Source: Protoeuglena noctilucae (lineage: Eukaryota). Taken from it: a stretch of 64,000 nucleotides of DNA. The stretch lies in NCBI GenBank assembly GCA_958009085.1, contig OY253681.1, positions 124,001 to 188,000 on the forward strand, in the 5' to 3' direction. The position numbers were made by a program, and so were the translations under genes. The notes beneath the pieces are model-generated. The model did no database searches. It was not told where the DNA came from and saw only the letters and a program-made list of their open reading frames with translations. Of the stretch, positions 35,601-49,482 are shown piece after piece. Position 1 is the stretch's first letter, and the number at the start of each line of letters is the position of its first letter.

Positions 35601-38600
35601 TGCCCCTCATCTGCGTTGCTGCAGGTGGAGTACTCGGACGGCTTCCGCTTCTACATCACGACGGCGCTGCGCAACCCTCACTACCTGCCCGAGGTCGCGG
35701 TCAAGGTCACGCTGCTGAACTTCATGATCACCCAGGACGGCCTCAGCGACCAGCTGCTGGGCGTGGTGGTGGCCGAGGAGCGGCCGGACCTGGAGGAGCA
35801 GCGGTCGGAGCTCGTGGTGCAATCGGCGAGCAACAAGAAGCGGCTGAAGGAGATCGAGGACGAGATCCTGCACGTGCTCAGCAGCTCCCAGGGCAACATC
35901 CTCGAGGACGAGGGGGCCATCCGCGTGCTCTCCGAGGCCAAGGCGGTGTCGAACGACATCGAGGATAAGCAGAGAATCGCGGACGAGACGCAGGCGGAGA
36001 TCGACGAGGCGCGGAGGGGCTACGCGCCGTGCGGGGCGTTCAACAGCGTGCTGTTCTTCTGCATCGCGGACCTCGCCGGGATCGACCCGATGTACCAGTA
36101 CTCGCTCGCGTGGTTCATCCACCTCTTCGTGCGCAGCATCCGCGCGTCGGACAAGGCGGACGACGTCGCGAAGAGGCTCGACCTCATCAACGACCACTTC
36201 ACCTACTCCCTCTACCGCAACGTCTGCCGCTCGCTGTTCGAGAAGAACAAGCTCCTTTTCGCCTTCCTCCTGGACTTCCGCATCATGCTCGCGAAGAAGG
36301 CGCTGTTCCCTGGAGAGTACTCGTTTTTCCTGACGGGCGGCGTCGGGGTCGAGGCCATCGCGGAGGAGCGCCCCGCGGCCCTCTGGGTCTCGGACAAGAT
36401 GTGGGGAGAGCTCACGCGCGCGGCTGCGGCCGTCCCGGAGCTCCGCGGCGTCCCCGCGCACCTCAAGGCCAACCTCGAGGACTGGCGCCTTCTCTACGAC
36501 TCCACGGACCCCCACTGCGCCCCGCTGCCCGGAGACCTCGGCAAGACCCTCATGCCTTTCCAGAAGCTCATATTGCTCCGGTGCCTGCGCCCCGACAAGC
36601 TCGTCCCGGCCATCGCCGACTTCGTCTGCACCTCCATGGGCCCGAAGTACATCGACCCTCCCCCCTTCGACCTCAGCGGCTCCTTCGCCGAAAGCTCCTG
36701 CACCGTCCCGCTCCTCTTCGTCCTCTCCACGGGATCCGACCCCACCGCGTCCCTGGTGAGAGCCCCGCCGTGCCAGAAAGGGGAGATCCAAACGTGCTGT
36801 GCTGACGACGGCGGTGGGGCCGCCACTCGCACTCCCCTCCGCCCCCACCCCTGCCGTCCGCCACCCACGCCACTTTGCTTTCAACCACTTATATCCATTC
36901 TCCGCTTATCTCGTCTCCGCAGCTCAAGTTTGCCGAGGACCGTGGCTTCGGTGCCAAGATTGACATCATCTCTATGGGCCAGGGCCAGGGCGGCAAGGCG
37001 GCCAAGCTAATCCAGGAAGCGAGGACCACCGGTCGATGGGTCCTGCTGCAGAACTGCCACCTGGCGCCCTCGTGGATGCCCGAGGTGAGGGGCGGTGTTG
37101 TTGCAAAACTGTGACGACGTTGTCGACGCAACTGGCTGCGGCGAGCCGGCATGCCAGCTGAGTTACTTTGCGATCCAAAAAACTTACAACCTCATCTGGG
37201 CTGGCTTGGTGCATTGCCAAGCCCATTGGTGGTATCACCAGTCGCACACGATGTGCGCCTCTGGATAGCGATATCTGACAACCCACCCTTTGCCTCGCTT
37301 GCTCTGCAGTTGGAGCGCATTTCCGAGCACATCACCGAGGACGACACCGACCCGGACTTCCGACTGTGGATGATGTCCATGCCGTCGCCGTCCTTCCCCG
37401 TCGCCATCCTCCAGGTGACCTGAGGGCGACAATTGGCGTTCGTGTTCATGTGCACATCCATTTCAAACAGTGGCGTGGCTGCCGGTGCTTGATAAAAGAT
37501 ATTGCAGCCTTGCAACAGCCTGTGCTAACAACACCCTTGCTCCCCAACCTTGGTCGTAGAATGGAGTGAAGATGACCATGGAGCCACCCGCGGGCCTGAA
37601 GGCCAACATGCGGCGGTCGTTGCAGCTCGACCCCATCAGCAGCGACGCCTTCTACGACGGGGCCAAGAAGCCCGAGGAGCTCAAGCGACTGCTGTTCGGG
37701 CTCGTATTCGTCCACGCCTTCGGTGAGTGGCGAATTGCACCTTGGCACGTTCCACACTCAGCGCGACAGCTGCCGAACCCACCGCGGCAGTCGCTGCGGC
37801 GGCTTGCTTTAGTACAAGTGCCCCTTGTCTCTAACTCCAACCCACCCGGGAGTGCATGGCTACCCTCCCCGCCCCCGTCTCGCCCCGCAGTGCAAGAGCG
37901 CCGCAAGTACGGTCCCATCGGGTGGAACATCGCTTATGGCTTCGACGACGGCGACCTGCGCATCTCGGCTAGGCAGCTGCGCATGTACCTCGACGAGAAC
38001 GACAAGGCGAGGAGTCGGGGGGAACATGGTTGCATTCTAATTGCCACAGAGACAGGGGCATGCGCTGTGGCATAGCCGTTGTGCCCGTTGCCTTGCCCAG
38101 CGCGCGTGGAGGTAGTCGCATCGCGATTGATACAGACGAGATAACTCATGTCACCCTCGCTCCTCGCAGATCCCCTTCGACGCGCTCAAGTACGCCATTG
38201 GCGAGTGCAACTACGGGGGCCGCGTGACGGACGACAAGGACAGGCGCCTTCTCACCACGGTGCTGGAGCGTGTCTATCGACCGGAGATCATGGAAGAGGA
38301 CTTCTCGCTCTCGGCGTCGGGCACCTACCGCATCCCGGGGGCCGAGGGCCTGGAGGACATGAGGAACTACGTGGCGCAGCTTCCGTTGATGGCGGCGCCC
38401 GAGGCTTTCGGACTGCATGAGAACGCGGACATCACCAAGGACCTGCAGATGACGGATCTCATGCTGCAGACGCTCCTGGACGCGGGCGGGGGAGCGGGAG
38501 GGGGCGAGGGCGGCAAGGGCGGACAGGTGGGTGCTTGCGAGGGCGCCAGGGACGCAGCGGGCGCTTGTTGGCAGTCGCCTCAGCGACTGGCGACCTGTAT

Positions 38601-39783
38601 ATCCACCCACTGTCGCTTTCCATGCCTTCCTGTCGCCTTGGCTACCCTCTCTGCGCCCTTCTACCCAGCGCTCCAGTTCTCACACATATGCGCACATATG
38701 CGCACATGTCAACTGGCCCCGTCATCGCCCCCGCCCTTTGCAGGAGGAGACGGTGGGTCGCATGGTCCGCGAGATCCTGAGCCGCCTGCCGCCCAACTTT
38801 GACGTCGAGAAGGCCCAGCACAAGTACCCCGTGCTGTACGAGGAATCAATGAACCAGGTCCTTTGCCAGGAAATGCTCAGGTACAACCGGCTCACCTCCG
38901 TCATCCGCAACTCCCTCAAGAACCTCGACAAGGCCCTGCAGGGGTTCCAGGTGCGGATTGAGACGCAGGGCAGACATGGCCAGTGCATGGTCATGTGCGA
39001 ATGGACTGCAAGCAGCTGGCTGGGTTTATGCACTTGTCGCTGGCATGCCCCTTGCACCTCGCCGTCGCCCCGTCGCCCGCGCTCGCATATCCGTGCTCTT
39101 GATCCCACCCTCTAACTCTCCTCGCTCTGACCCTGACTCTCCCAGGTCATGTCGGCGGAGCTGGACGGCATTTTCCGTGCCATGGCGGTGGGGGCCGTGC
39201 CCGGCCTCTGGAAGAAGCAGTCCTTCCCCTCGCTCAAGCCCCTGGCGAGCTACGTCGAGGACCTGCTCGCCCGCCTCCGCATGCTGCAGCGGTGGTACGA
39301 GGAGGGACAGCCCGCGTGCTTCTGGGTGTCGGGATTCTTCTTCACGCCCGCCTTCACGACCGCGGCGCTGCAGAACTTCGCGCGCAAGCTCCGCCTGCCC
39401 ATCGACACGGTGGGGTTCGAATTCGAGATGCAAGGGAGTCGCCCGAGAGCATCCGGGAGGGCCCGGGGGATGGCGTGTACATCCATGGTCTGTTCCTGGA
39501 GGGCTGCGCGTGGGACGCCGACCGGCAGGTCCTGTGCGAGTCGCCGCCCAAGCAGCTCTTCTGCCCCGCGCCGGTCATCTGGCTGCGGCCCGCGGAGATC
39601 GCGGCGTCCAAAGGCGCGCCCAGCTACGCATGCCCGGTGTACCGCACGGCCGAGCGCCGGGGCACGCTGGCCACCACGGGCCACTCGACCAACTTCCTGA
39701 TGATGATCAAGATGCCGTCGGACATGCCCGAGCACCACTGGATCATGCGCGGCGTCTGCATGCTCTGCAGCCTCAGCGACTGA
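23626..39783 (+). CDS. Axonemal dynein heavy chain, single-headed inner-arm type (about 21 exons); three apparent 1-nt frameshifts
   Basis: Linker motifs WMYLEPIF and [18 protein letters not shown]-loops [42 protein letters not shown]; coiled-coil stalk; [24 protein letters not shown]-terminus [15 protein letters not shown]. Short N-terminal tail without the long dimerisation region. Confidence 0.95.
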
Positions 39784-40163
39784 AGCCAGTGAACGCAGCC
39801 TGTGATGGATTGTTAGCAAGTCTGTTGTCGTTCCCACGCTTCGCCCACGCTCGGCCCGCGCTCGGCAGAGAGGCTCAGCGCCCGTGCCGCGTGCATAGCC
39901 GCACCTTTCCATTCCGCGCATCCCGTCCCGAGTGTGATAGCCACCCTAGTGCCCAGCATGCATGCCACACGACGCTCGTGACCCGACCGATGCTTGAATT
40001 CAAACAAGCAGCCAAACAAAGGCAGCTACGATGATGATGGGACTCATGCCTAGCACACCCTAACAGATGAACCGGATACGTGACAGTCACCTCACTCCGC
40101 AAGCACAAGCACCCTCACAGGCGCCTCACAGGCACCCTCACAGGCACCCTCACCGCCCCCCTC

Positions 40164-43100
40164 TCACCGCCACATGGCCACCCGCAGCACCCGCACCACG
40201 CACCCCGGCGCGTGCATCTCCGGCCCCAGCTCATGCGCCGCGCCTCTGGGGACGAGGTACAGGTCCTTCTTCGCCCCGCCCACCACGCCCTGGGACACCT
40301 GGAACTCCAGCGCCGCATCTAAGTCGGTCCGGTCCACGTGTTCTTGCAGTTTACGTGCCAGAACCTCCTCCGTGACCTGGCCGGACGCCACCTCCGCCAG
40401 CACCTGGCTCGTGTCCTGCGATAAGAGGGTCGAGAGGAGCGGCTGAGCGTGCAGAGGGCGTGCAGTCTCGGCAGGGCGCAGGGGCGAAAGTCGCTGTAAA
40501 GACGATGTCCCTGCTCGTCAATCACACAAGACACGGCTTCTATCTCAAATGAGACGCAACAGCTTAGCTTCTCGAAGCACTCACCGGGTCGCTCCGTGTC
40601 CGCTTTCCCGGCCGCCCATGCCTGCTTGATGCACCCGCCCCATCCGTACCCCCGTCCTCGCCCCCCCGGTCAGCCACAGCGCTGAGCACCGTGAAGACGG
40701 CCGCGGCCACGCTGGGGATGTACTTGGCGAGGTTCCGCTTCCTCATCTTCTGCTCCCTCAGCGCCTGCTGACGCATCAGCTTGGATTTCAACTGAGCGCA
40801 GCAGGACTGCAAAAGAGAGGTGCGGGTGGATGGGGTGGGTTAGGGCGGTTGCTTGTTTACACAGCAACCTGCGCTGTCGATGCCCTCCCCTGCCCTGCTC
40901 TCACTATGCGTAGTCGCTACAGGCACTGCCCACCCCGGCCTCGCCTGTATGGCCGCCCTGACGGCGTTCCTCAGGACCTCCACGTCGTCCGCAATGTACT
41001 CCTTCCCGGCCCCCTTGAAGGGAATCTTGCTGCTCACGATGCTCACGAACACGCCTACCCTATCAGTCGCCTGGTTGATCTTGTACGCCGACCAATTGAT
41101 GCGATTGAGGGCCGTCTGGCTAATGACATCCGAACCGCCCTCGAACAGCAGCGGGATGCGGTTGGCGAATCGGAAGACGTTCAAACCGGGGCGCACGTCG
41201 CGGCCGCCGAGGCTCACGGCCGCCTCGACCAGGAAGGCGTGACCCTCGTGGGCGCCCACGCTCCCCGCGCACGTCGCCACCATGTCGGGCCTGTTAATGG
41301 GGAGGAGGGTTAGTGTTGAGACAGGTTAACAGTGGGCGGCAGACGTGTAATGTGAAGTAGATGCGGTATGGTACATTGCAACGTAGCAGTTGCGTTGGGA
41401 AGGTGTGGTCTGCTGTGCCGCACACTTGCCTCGCTCCCCACGATACTGGTACAGACACACGCAGCCACGACGCCACCCCTCACCTCAGCTCCTTCATGAC
41501 TCCCAGTCTCAGATTGTATTCCCCCGCAGGCGACAGGTGCTCCCCCGTGGGGTCCGGGAACCGCACCTCGTGCAGCAGCTGGTGCAAGCGAGCGATCTGC
41601 TCGGACGTCAACTCCCTGGGGTCTGCGTGGATGAGGAAGGAGGTGTGGAAATTGAGTAATCACTGCTCTCAAGCATTGACGGTCTTATCTCTTACTACCT
41701 CATCTCTGCAGCCTCATCTCTATAGATCGCAAGGGCAGCCTTGCATGTGTTGCAAGCACCCAGCTGGGCCACCTGTTTCATTCCACGCCCCTCCTGCATC
41801 ACCCCTCTCACCCGTCCCTGAATCACAGTCCCTCTTCTCTCACTCCTGTTCCACCCACTCACCCGTCCCCGGGTCGATCCCTCCCTGCGACTCCAGGCAA
41901 ATTCTCTGGGCCAGGTCCCGCGATACGCAGTCGAAGTCCTTGTGGAGCATTGTCAACAGCTTGCGGTGCTCCGTGGCTGCCACGATGCGGCGGAGGGTCT
42001 CCAGGTCCACGGCGGCGGGGTGGTGCTGCGGGGGAGGGCGGTGGAGAGGGTGGGTCGGTGAACGATGAAGGATGGTGCTGCGGAGAGGGTGGCGGAGGGG
42101 TTGGGTCGGCAGCTGCAGAAGGGTGGTGCTGCGGGTACACAAAGAGCGGTGCAGAAGGAGTGGAGATGCAGACGCACGAGCCGGCAATCCTTTGGCACAT
42201 CAGCCGTCGTCGCGCTAGTGGCACTACCAACAAGCGCCAACGGTGTAATGTCCAGCCATTGTCAAACCCCTTCGCTGCTTCGCATACGCACCCTGGTCTC
42301 CTTGGGCGCGCGCGGCATCTTGTCCGTGCGTCGCGCGAAGGCCAAGGAAAGGTCCCCGCGGCCATCGGCCCCACGAAACGTCAGCCGAAACTGAGCGTAG
42401 GGGGTGATGACCGCGATCTGGCGGAGATACTGCACGATCTTGGCTCGGTGCTTGGCCCAGCTGCCCTCGATGACCACGGCGACCTCGCTGCCCCGCCACG
42501 AGGCGTCGTTGGGGTCGAGCGATGACGACAGCACGTTCGGCTCGTTGCGGTGGATGTCGATGTCCAGTCGGTAGCGGGAGACGCGTCCGGACGTGGAACG
42601 CGCGCTGCGGATCTCGAAGGGCATCCCCGTGCTCATCTTGGACCATATGAGAGCCATCTTGGCGCCCAGGCCGAACTTGCCCCGCGTCTGCTTGACGCCG
42701 TACTTTGTGCCGGACAGCACCCGGCCCAGCATGACCGGGATGTCGTCGTGCGCCATCCCCGCGCCGTTGTCGCGGACCGTCACGCGGAAGTACTCACGGC
42801 GACCCTGGCGCTCTCGGTTGTCCGCCAGGCGACGCGCCTCCTTGGCAGCCGCCGCGTCGCCCTTCTTCGCTCGCACCTCCTCCACGCGCTTGCGCTCGCG
42901 CTCCTCCCGCTGCTCGCGCTTCTTCCGGTCGGCCTGCGGGGTCGCGAGGCGCGGCATCAGGGCTCGCGCCCGCCTTCCAGCCTCCCTGCACCCGTCAAGG
43001 CTAGATGGCGCGCTGCGAAGCCTCACCTCGGTCTCAAAGTCCTTGAACATCTCCTCGTCGATCCTAGAGACGTTCTGCGGGCATTATGAGAGCCCCTGGT

Positions 43101-43491
43101 GGGATCCCAGCGACCGCAGCAAGGCATCGCCCGCATTGGCCACCCTGCACCTGGATCCCCCGCAGCGAGTTCAGCGCCTCCTGCGTAATCTCCTCGATCA
43201 CAATCTCCACATCAGGGAGCACGCTGATCGATTCGGCGGCATCAAGAGAGTTTTCCACCAGTTCGCGGATGGTCGTGTACAGCGACTTCCCCGGGGAGTC
43301 AAAGCCCGCGATGTTCCTGCAGGGGTGATGAGGAAGAGACTATCAATGCAGGTGACCGCAGAAGACGCGGCCAGCTTCGCCTTTTGGCATTGAAAACGAC
43401 CGTGCAACTCCAAAACCCACCTGTTCTCGGCAAAGAACTCTGCCGGGCTCTTCTGCGTAAGCGCCCCCTCCTTGTTGCCTCTCGGCGGCAT
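40164..43491 (-). CDS. TOP6B: DNA topoisomerase VI subunit B (plant/algal type)
   Basis: [42 protein letters not shown]; GHKL motifs VRDNGAGM and GTKYGVKQTRGKFGLGAK; FRFANRIPLLFEGGSD; IPFKGAGKEYI. Confidence 0.95.
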
Positions 43492-43936
43492 CGAGATGCG
43501 GCTGCCCGCGCCAGAGGCGGGGCATCAGCGTGCACGCTCCGTCGCTGCGTGCCCCAGCTCGCTCTGTGTCTCTGGTTGGGCTGCTACGCGGATGAGGGAA
43601 GTCAGGCTGCGTTCTCATCCGATGTCAGCAGCTGAGATGAGCATCACGATAGCCATGAGGGAGAGAGCCGACGCCGGGCCAAGCAGACTGGCGTGGGCAG
43701 CGCCAGAGCCTGCGCGTGAAATCCAGAGCAATGCTTCCGCCATTCGACTCTCCACTTGCTTGACAACGCGGCACCTGGAAGGAATTGCCTTGCCGCCCTC
43801 TCATCCTGCCCTGTCGACACGTCTTCCTCCACGTAGCACGCCTTGCGTCTCGGCTCTCACTTTCTGCCCCTAGCCAGCACCAGCCTGTTCCAGAGTCGTG
43901 ACGTAGGCGGCCGCACGGGTCGCCCGGAAGGTCACC

Positions 43937-46900
43937 ATGGCGGAAATCACGCCTGTGTTCCTAAAGCAGCTGTGCAAAGAGCGCAAGTACTACTGGAGCA
44001 AGCCCGAGCTCAATGACGTGAGTGGCAGCGATGCCTGGGGCCGAGTCGTGCGCCCGTCGCGGCCCGGGCCTGCCGTCTGCAAAACTTTTTTGGACGCGTC
44101 TCGTGTGGGGCCACTCGTGGCCGCAACTCGCGCCTCGATGCTCCTTTGGGAGTCAAGCATTCGTGTCGATCGCCGCACGCGACCCCAATCGCGCGCAGGT
44201 GCTGCACCTGACCAACAAGGGCTTGCTGCGCATCCAAAACCTCGATGCGTTCACGGGCCTCAAATGCCTGTACCTGGAGGGCAACGCCTTCGACGACGTC
44301 ACTGGACTGGACAACCTGAAGGAGCTGCGGAGCCTGTATCTGGCCAAGAATGCGCTCAGCCGGATCTCGACCGGGTGAGCATGCAGCACCCGCGAGAGGC
44401 TTCGCCGTCATCCGGCGTGGCGCTCACCCATCGCGACGCGCTGTTTATGGATCTTCCTGCGACTTGCAATGCACGGCCGCGCATTCGGACCGCCGCAGGC
44501 TGCTGCATTTGGACCGGCTCGTCACTCTTGACCTCTCGTACAACTTCATCCGGAAGCTCGAGAACCTGGCGCCGCTGCCCGCCCTGGAGAACCTCGTCTG
44601 CGCCGGCAACGCGCTCTCCGACACCGCGGACGTCGAGGAGCTCCGGGGATGCCGCGCGCTCGTGTCCCTCGACCTTTCGGACAACAAGCTCTCCGAACCC
44701 GGAGGCGAGAGCCGCGGGGGCTGCACATTGCTGTCGTGCCTTATCTTTGTTATTCGGAGGTCCTGCTAGAAGTCGGCGCCTCATCTGCTTCGTCCTCGCC
44801 GGCACGCAGTGGTCGACTTGGTCGAGGCGCTCCCTCTCAAGTACTTGCGCCTGGCCGGCAACCCTGTGGTCTCCAAGACTCCGCATTACCGCAAGCGTCT
44901 TCTGGCCAACATGCCCGCCCTCAACTTCCTCGACGACGCCCCGGCTTTCGACAAGGACGTCCGCATGGCCAAGGCAAGGGGCGACACTGTCGCAATTCTG
45001 CATGCCAGCCCCACGCTGCCGGCACACCGTATGGCGGCCTCAAGCATCGATACCATCAGAGCAGCCTTGTACGTGCTTTTCACGACCAACCACACCCCGC
45101 CTATGTGCGTCATATCATGGGTGTCATGATCATGATCATGGGTGTCATGCGTGTGCGAGACTGCGTCCTCCTCCCATTGTCACGCAGGCCTTCATGTCTG
45201 GCGGGTTCGAGGCCGAGCGAGCCGAGCGACAGGCGATCAAGGACGAGGCCGAGGAGACGCGGCGGAGGCACCGGGAGAGGTTTGATGAAATCCTCGAAGA
45301 GGCGAAGGTGCGTGCGTGTGCAATGGTTGACAGGGTGTGCGTCAACTCACAGGGTTCCTGTCAGTGAAGAGCACAGCTGGGTGGCTGGAATTGTGTACTG
45401 TGTATCGAATGCACGGCAGGAGGAGGGTTGGCGTGGCTGCGTGGGCACTGAACCACCTCCTGCAAAGTCACGCGCTCCTCCCCATGCTCGCAGCGCAAGT
45501 ACGCGTCTAATCCGCCCGAGCCGCGTGATCCCATGCGATTCCGGGCCGTCCCGCCGGGCGAGAGCGAGTCCGAGGACGACTCGGACCTGCCCCCCTCGTG
45601 CCGCATCTCACGCAAGGGGCTCGCACAGGCCAAGGCGGCCTCGGCGGCAGCGGGCGGAAGCGCAACCGAGCTAGGTAGGTGTTGATTAATGGCTCGCTGC
45701 CCAGTGCCGTCTCTTGTTGCTGCAACCCCAAGAGCGCATGCACATTTGTGACGCACCCACGCAGGTGGTGGTGATGTCGAGGACCCTGACGCTGACGAGG
45801 ACGCCAAGCCTCGCGTTTCCAATGATGGACGTGCTCGGGACCCCTCGAGCGGCACCGAGGCGACGGACGACGGTGCAGTGGGCGCAGTGGAGCAGGGGCC
45901 AAGCACACTGGCATCCACGGAGGGCGGGGTGGCCCAGGAGGGCGCTGGAGCTGGCGAGAGGGAGGGCGCGGATGCCGAGGAGTCGCTGTCGCACTCAGAC
46001 GGTGCCCAGCCACAGCAGACGGCAACAGCTCAGGCCGAGGCGGGCGCCGTCAACCAAGCGCGTGCCCCGCCCATCGCGCCGCCCCTCCCTCGCGCGCCGG
46101 CTGCCGCACCCGGCGTCGGCGGCCTGTCTGCCTCCAAGCTCTCTGGCATTGAGCGCGCGCTCATGGCCAACCTGGCAATGGCCGGGGGGGCGGCTGCGGG
46201 GGTGGCGCGAGTGGACGCCCCGCCCCGTGCGCCTGTGACGATGCCGGAGCTGACCGAGGAAGAGAAGGAGGCGCTGCGGCACCTCCGCGAAGAGGTCTTT
46301 GAGAGGTGAGTGCGGCTGGCGGGGGTTGGGGGGATGACTGTCAGTGGTGGGGTCGGTGATGGGTCGGTAGCCGGTATGGAACACTGGGGCTACGGAGCAC
46401 CTCCTGGGTGTATCAGAACTTGCAGCGGGGCTTGCATGAGCGTGGCTATGATCAATATTCGTATGTCGCTCCTCTTACGCAGGGAGATGCAGCACAGGCA
46501 GGAGTTGCGGGAGAAGGTGTTGGCGAGGGCGGCCGCGCGAGCGGAGGCCACGTCGCGGCGCTTCACCGCGCGGGGCGCCAGCGGAAGCATCGCGAGCGCA
46601 GGCGCGGGGCGCGAGGGGGAGGACGAGGAGGTTGGGGTGCAGCTGGGTGCGCAGGGGTCGTCGTACCGACGGCCCGTGGTGTACGGTACGCAACGCTACC
46701 ATCAGTTGTGGGAGATGGCAAAGGAGGTCCCCGAGCGACCTGAGGCGGAGGATGGTGCGGTGGCGCAGGGGGAGCTGGAGGGAGAGGCCTCGGACGCTGC
46801 ATGGGGTGCGACGGCTGTCAGTGAGGAGCGGCGGGGCGTGGTGCGGGGCGGGGTGCGGCGCAGGGGCACTGGCACGGGGTTACAGGAGGAGGACAGCGTG

Positions 46901-46960
46901 CGGAGTGTCCCGGTGCACGCGATGGCGGGGGAGGGCGACGAGCTGGACGGCCTGGATTAG
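43937..46960 (+). CDS. Leucine-rich-repeat dynein assembly factor, DNAAF1/ODA7-like
   Basis: LKQLCKE..PELNDVLHLTNKG..IQNL..FTGLKCLYLEGN, SDS22-type LRRs, LRR cap GNPVVSKTPHYRKRLLANMPALNFLDD, GGFEAERAER, acidic tail ending ELDGLD*. Confidence 0.8.
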
Positions 46961-47288
46961 AATTAGCAAGCGGGGGTGGGGTGGTGGAGGGTGGGGAGGT
47001 TGTGTGAGAGGTCAGAGCCTGGGGCTGCATGTGTGGGGATATGTGGTGTGATTGGCGCCTTTGGCAGCCAAGAGTGTGGCGAGTGGATACATCAGTTCAT
47101 TGATCCAATATCATTGGAGGAGACGATTTGAACGGGGTCTGTACTAGCAGCAGCACATGATGAGCCATGAAGTTAATGTCAGAGCCACATGAAAAGGTCG
47201 CAAGGTCGAAACGGGAATAAGGCGACGACAGACTACGCCTCGCTGACAGAAATCCCCGACCGAGCGGGAACGATAGGTCTCACAAGGT

Positions 47289-49482
47289 TCAGCTAAAGTC
47301 GCGGTCGGGAAAGACCCACGGCGCGACGAGGCTCCAGGTGTACAGCGCAGCCGTGAACCACAGCGCCCCGAACTTGACCCACACGGACGCCCACCCGACG
47401 TCCATGACGTCCTTCTCCTGATCTGCCGCGCCCCACCCCGTCATGAGCATGGCGATGTACATGGAAGCGAGCGCTAACACGATGTGGAAGAAGCAGTAGT
47501 TGTAGGGAACCGTCTCGAACTCTCGAATGGCCTCCGCCTCCTCGTCTCCCGCCCCGCTCGCGCCCTGGGACCCGGACGGCTGTGCCTCCCCGTCCAAGCC
47601 TGGGGGCATCGCAAGGGCAAGGGTTGCTAGGGTGAGTCGCAGATGCTGGCCGTCGTGCACCCTGACCCAAAGCAAGCAAGCACATACCGAAAAGCTCTTA
47701 CTACTGGTGTGATTCCGCACCAATAGCCACCATATTGGTAACACCAGATGTCTCCTTGCCCCCGTCCCTGCACTCGCACACCCTCACCTGCCAACGTGCA
47801 CTCTCTCTCCCCACCATCCACATCCTCTCACCTGCCGAGGTCAGCTCCTTCTCCGTCCGCTTCAGCAGCGCCTGCCCCGACGACTCCTCCTTGCTCCTCT
47901 CCTCCCCAAAGAACGCCTGGGTGTTGGACCCCGCGCGCAGAGCAGCGTAGACGACGGACGCCATCGTGACGACCATGGACACCGCGAGGGTCGACTCGGA
48001 GGTGGCCCTAGCTTGGCGCGAGAGGCCGTTGCATGCGTAGTCGTGGGGCTCGGAGGACATGGCCGAAAGGGCGAGGTAGGTGGCGTAGAGGGAGATGACG
48101 GCCGAGGGGAAGAGGGAGCCGGAGGGGACGGCAGGGTGCACGCTGGGTGGGTGAGGTGGGGTGCGAGGGTGGGTGAGGGGTGTGGGTGTGGGCAGAGGAC
48201 AGATGTCATCTCTACATGCCAATGACGCTGGGGGGCCGGGTGCGAGGGTGGGTGGGTGAGCGTGGGCAGAGGGCAGTCTACTCTGCATGTCAGCATAACT
48301 CAGGTATGCTTGCACTAGAGGGAGAGTGGATTACCTGAGGAAGGAGAAGCCGCAGATGGCGAGGAGGGAGACAAGGAGGAGGGCGAGGTTGAGGCCGCAT
48401 GCGGTGCCCGACGGCACGAACCACGCAAACATGAAGCTGGCCAGGACGATGACGCCCACGTAGCACGCGGCCGTGGTGCCGAGCAGGAGGTAGAGGTACC
48501 GCCGGTCCTCATCCTCTGCGGACATGGATGGGGCAGAGATGGCCAAGCAATGGACCAGTGTTTGCAGCAAGCATGGTGCATCTGCGGGGATGGATGTCGT
48601 GCGCTGGGCTACGTGCGGGGACTCGCCTGACGCCCACGAGTCGTTGAGGGTGTGGGTGAAGTCGAGCATGATGATCATCTGGAGGACCAGGAAGCAACCT
48701 GACCCCACACGGGCGACCCACGAGAAGGCGTGCATGGCCCAGTTGGGCATGAAGAACGGCAGAACGACTGCGGCGGCGAGGGAGCCGGTCGTTGAAAGGA
48801 GTCTCGCGTGCCACTGCCCCCCTTGCAGGCCACGCGCGCCAGCCCCTCACGCAGCACGAGCCACGCGAAGGTCTTGACCGCCCAGCTGCCGTTGTGAATG
48901 TACTTATGGCGATAGTCGCTCGTGAAGCGGACGTTGTAGAGCATGGCGGCCATGGCCAGGAAGAAGACCGTGTTGCCAAACGACACACGGAGGACCGCCT
49001 GCTCTCCGTACCATGCGTCGCCCAGCGAGTCCACCGCCTGCGACGTGGGGCCACGCAGCAGCGAGAGTTTGCATAAAAGGCTCGACACTTGCGACGTACA
49101 GGACGCGGGAGCAGCGGGTTCGCCCCTTGCTCCTCGCCTTCCCGCGCATGATCCAGGGGATGCGCTGGATGAGTCCCTTGGCGTAGTCCCGCAGCACCCA
49201 GGAGGCCATGAGCGAAAGCAGGAACTGGGCCGTATAGAATGCCCGGGCGAACTGCGCAACAAGCGGAGAGACGGGTTCAAGCTTAGTTCACACCGGCTAA
49301 TGGACGTTCACGGGCGACCTCGGCGAGCGTGCCATCGGTACGCAGCGCAGAACAAAGCAGGTTCAGCTCGCGAGGTGAGCGCACGACTCGCACACCTTGG
49401 AGAGCTGCGAGAACACGGACTTGAGACCAGCGCAGCAGGCGAAGCCCGCGCAGCTCCCCAGTCCGGAGGCCAGCCACATCAT
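47289..49482 (-). CDS. Serine incorporator (Serinc/TMS) membrane protein
   Basis: Cys-rich N-terminus (GSCAGFACC), YGEQAVLRVSFG, HNGSWAVK, GSLFPSAVISLYATYL, YNYCFFHIVLALASMYIAMLMTGW, WSLVAPWVFPDRDFS*. Confidence 0.93.
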
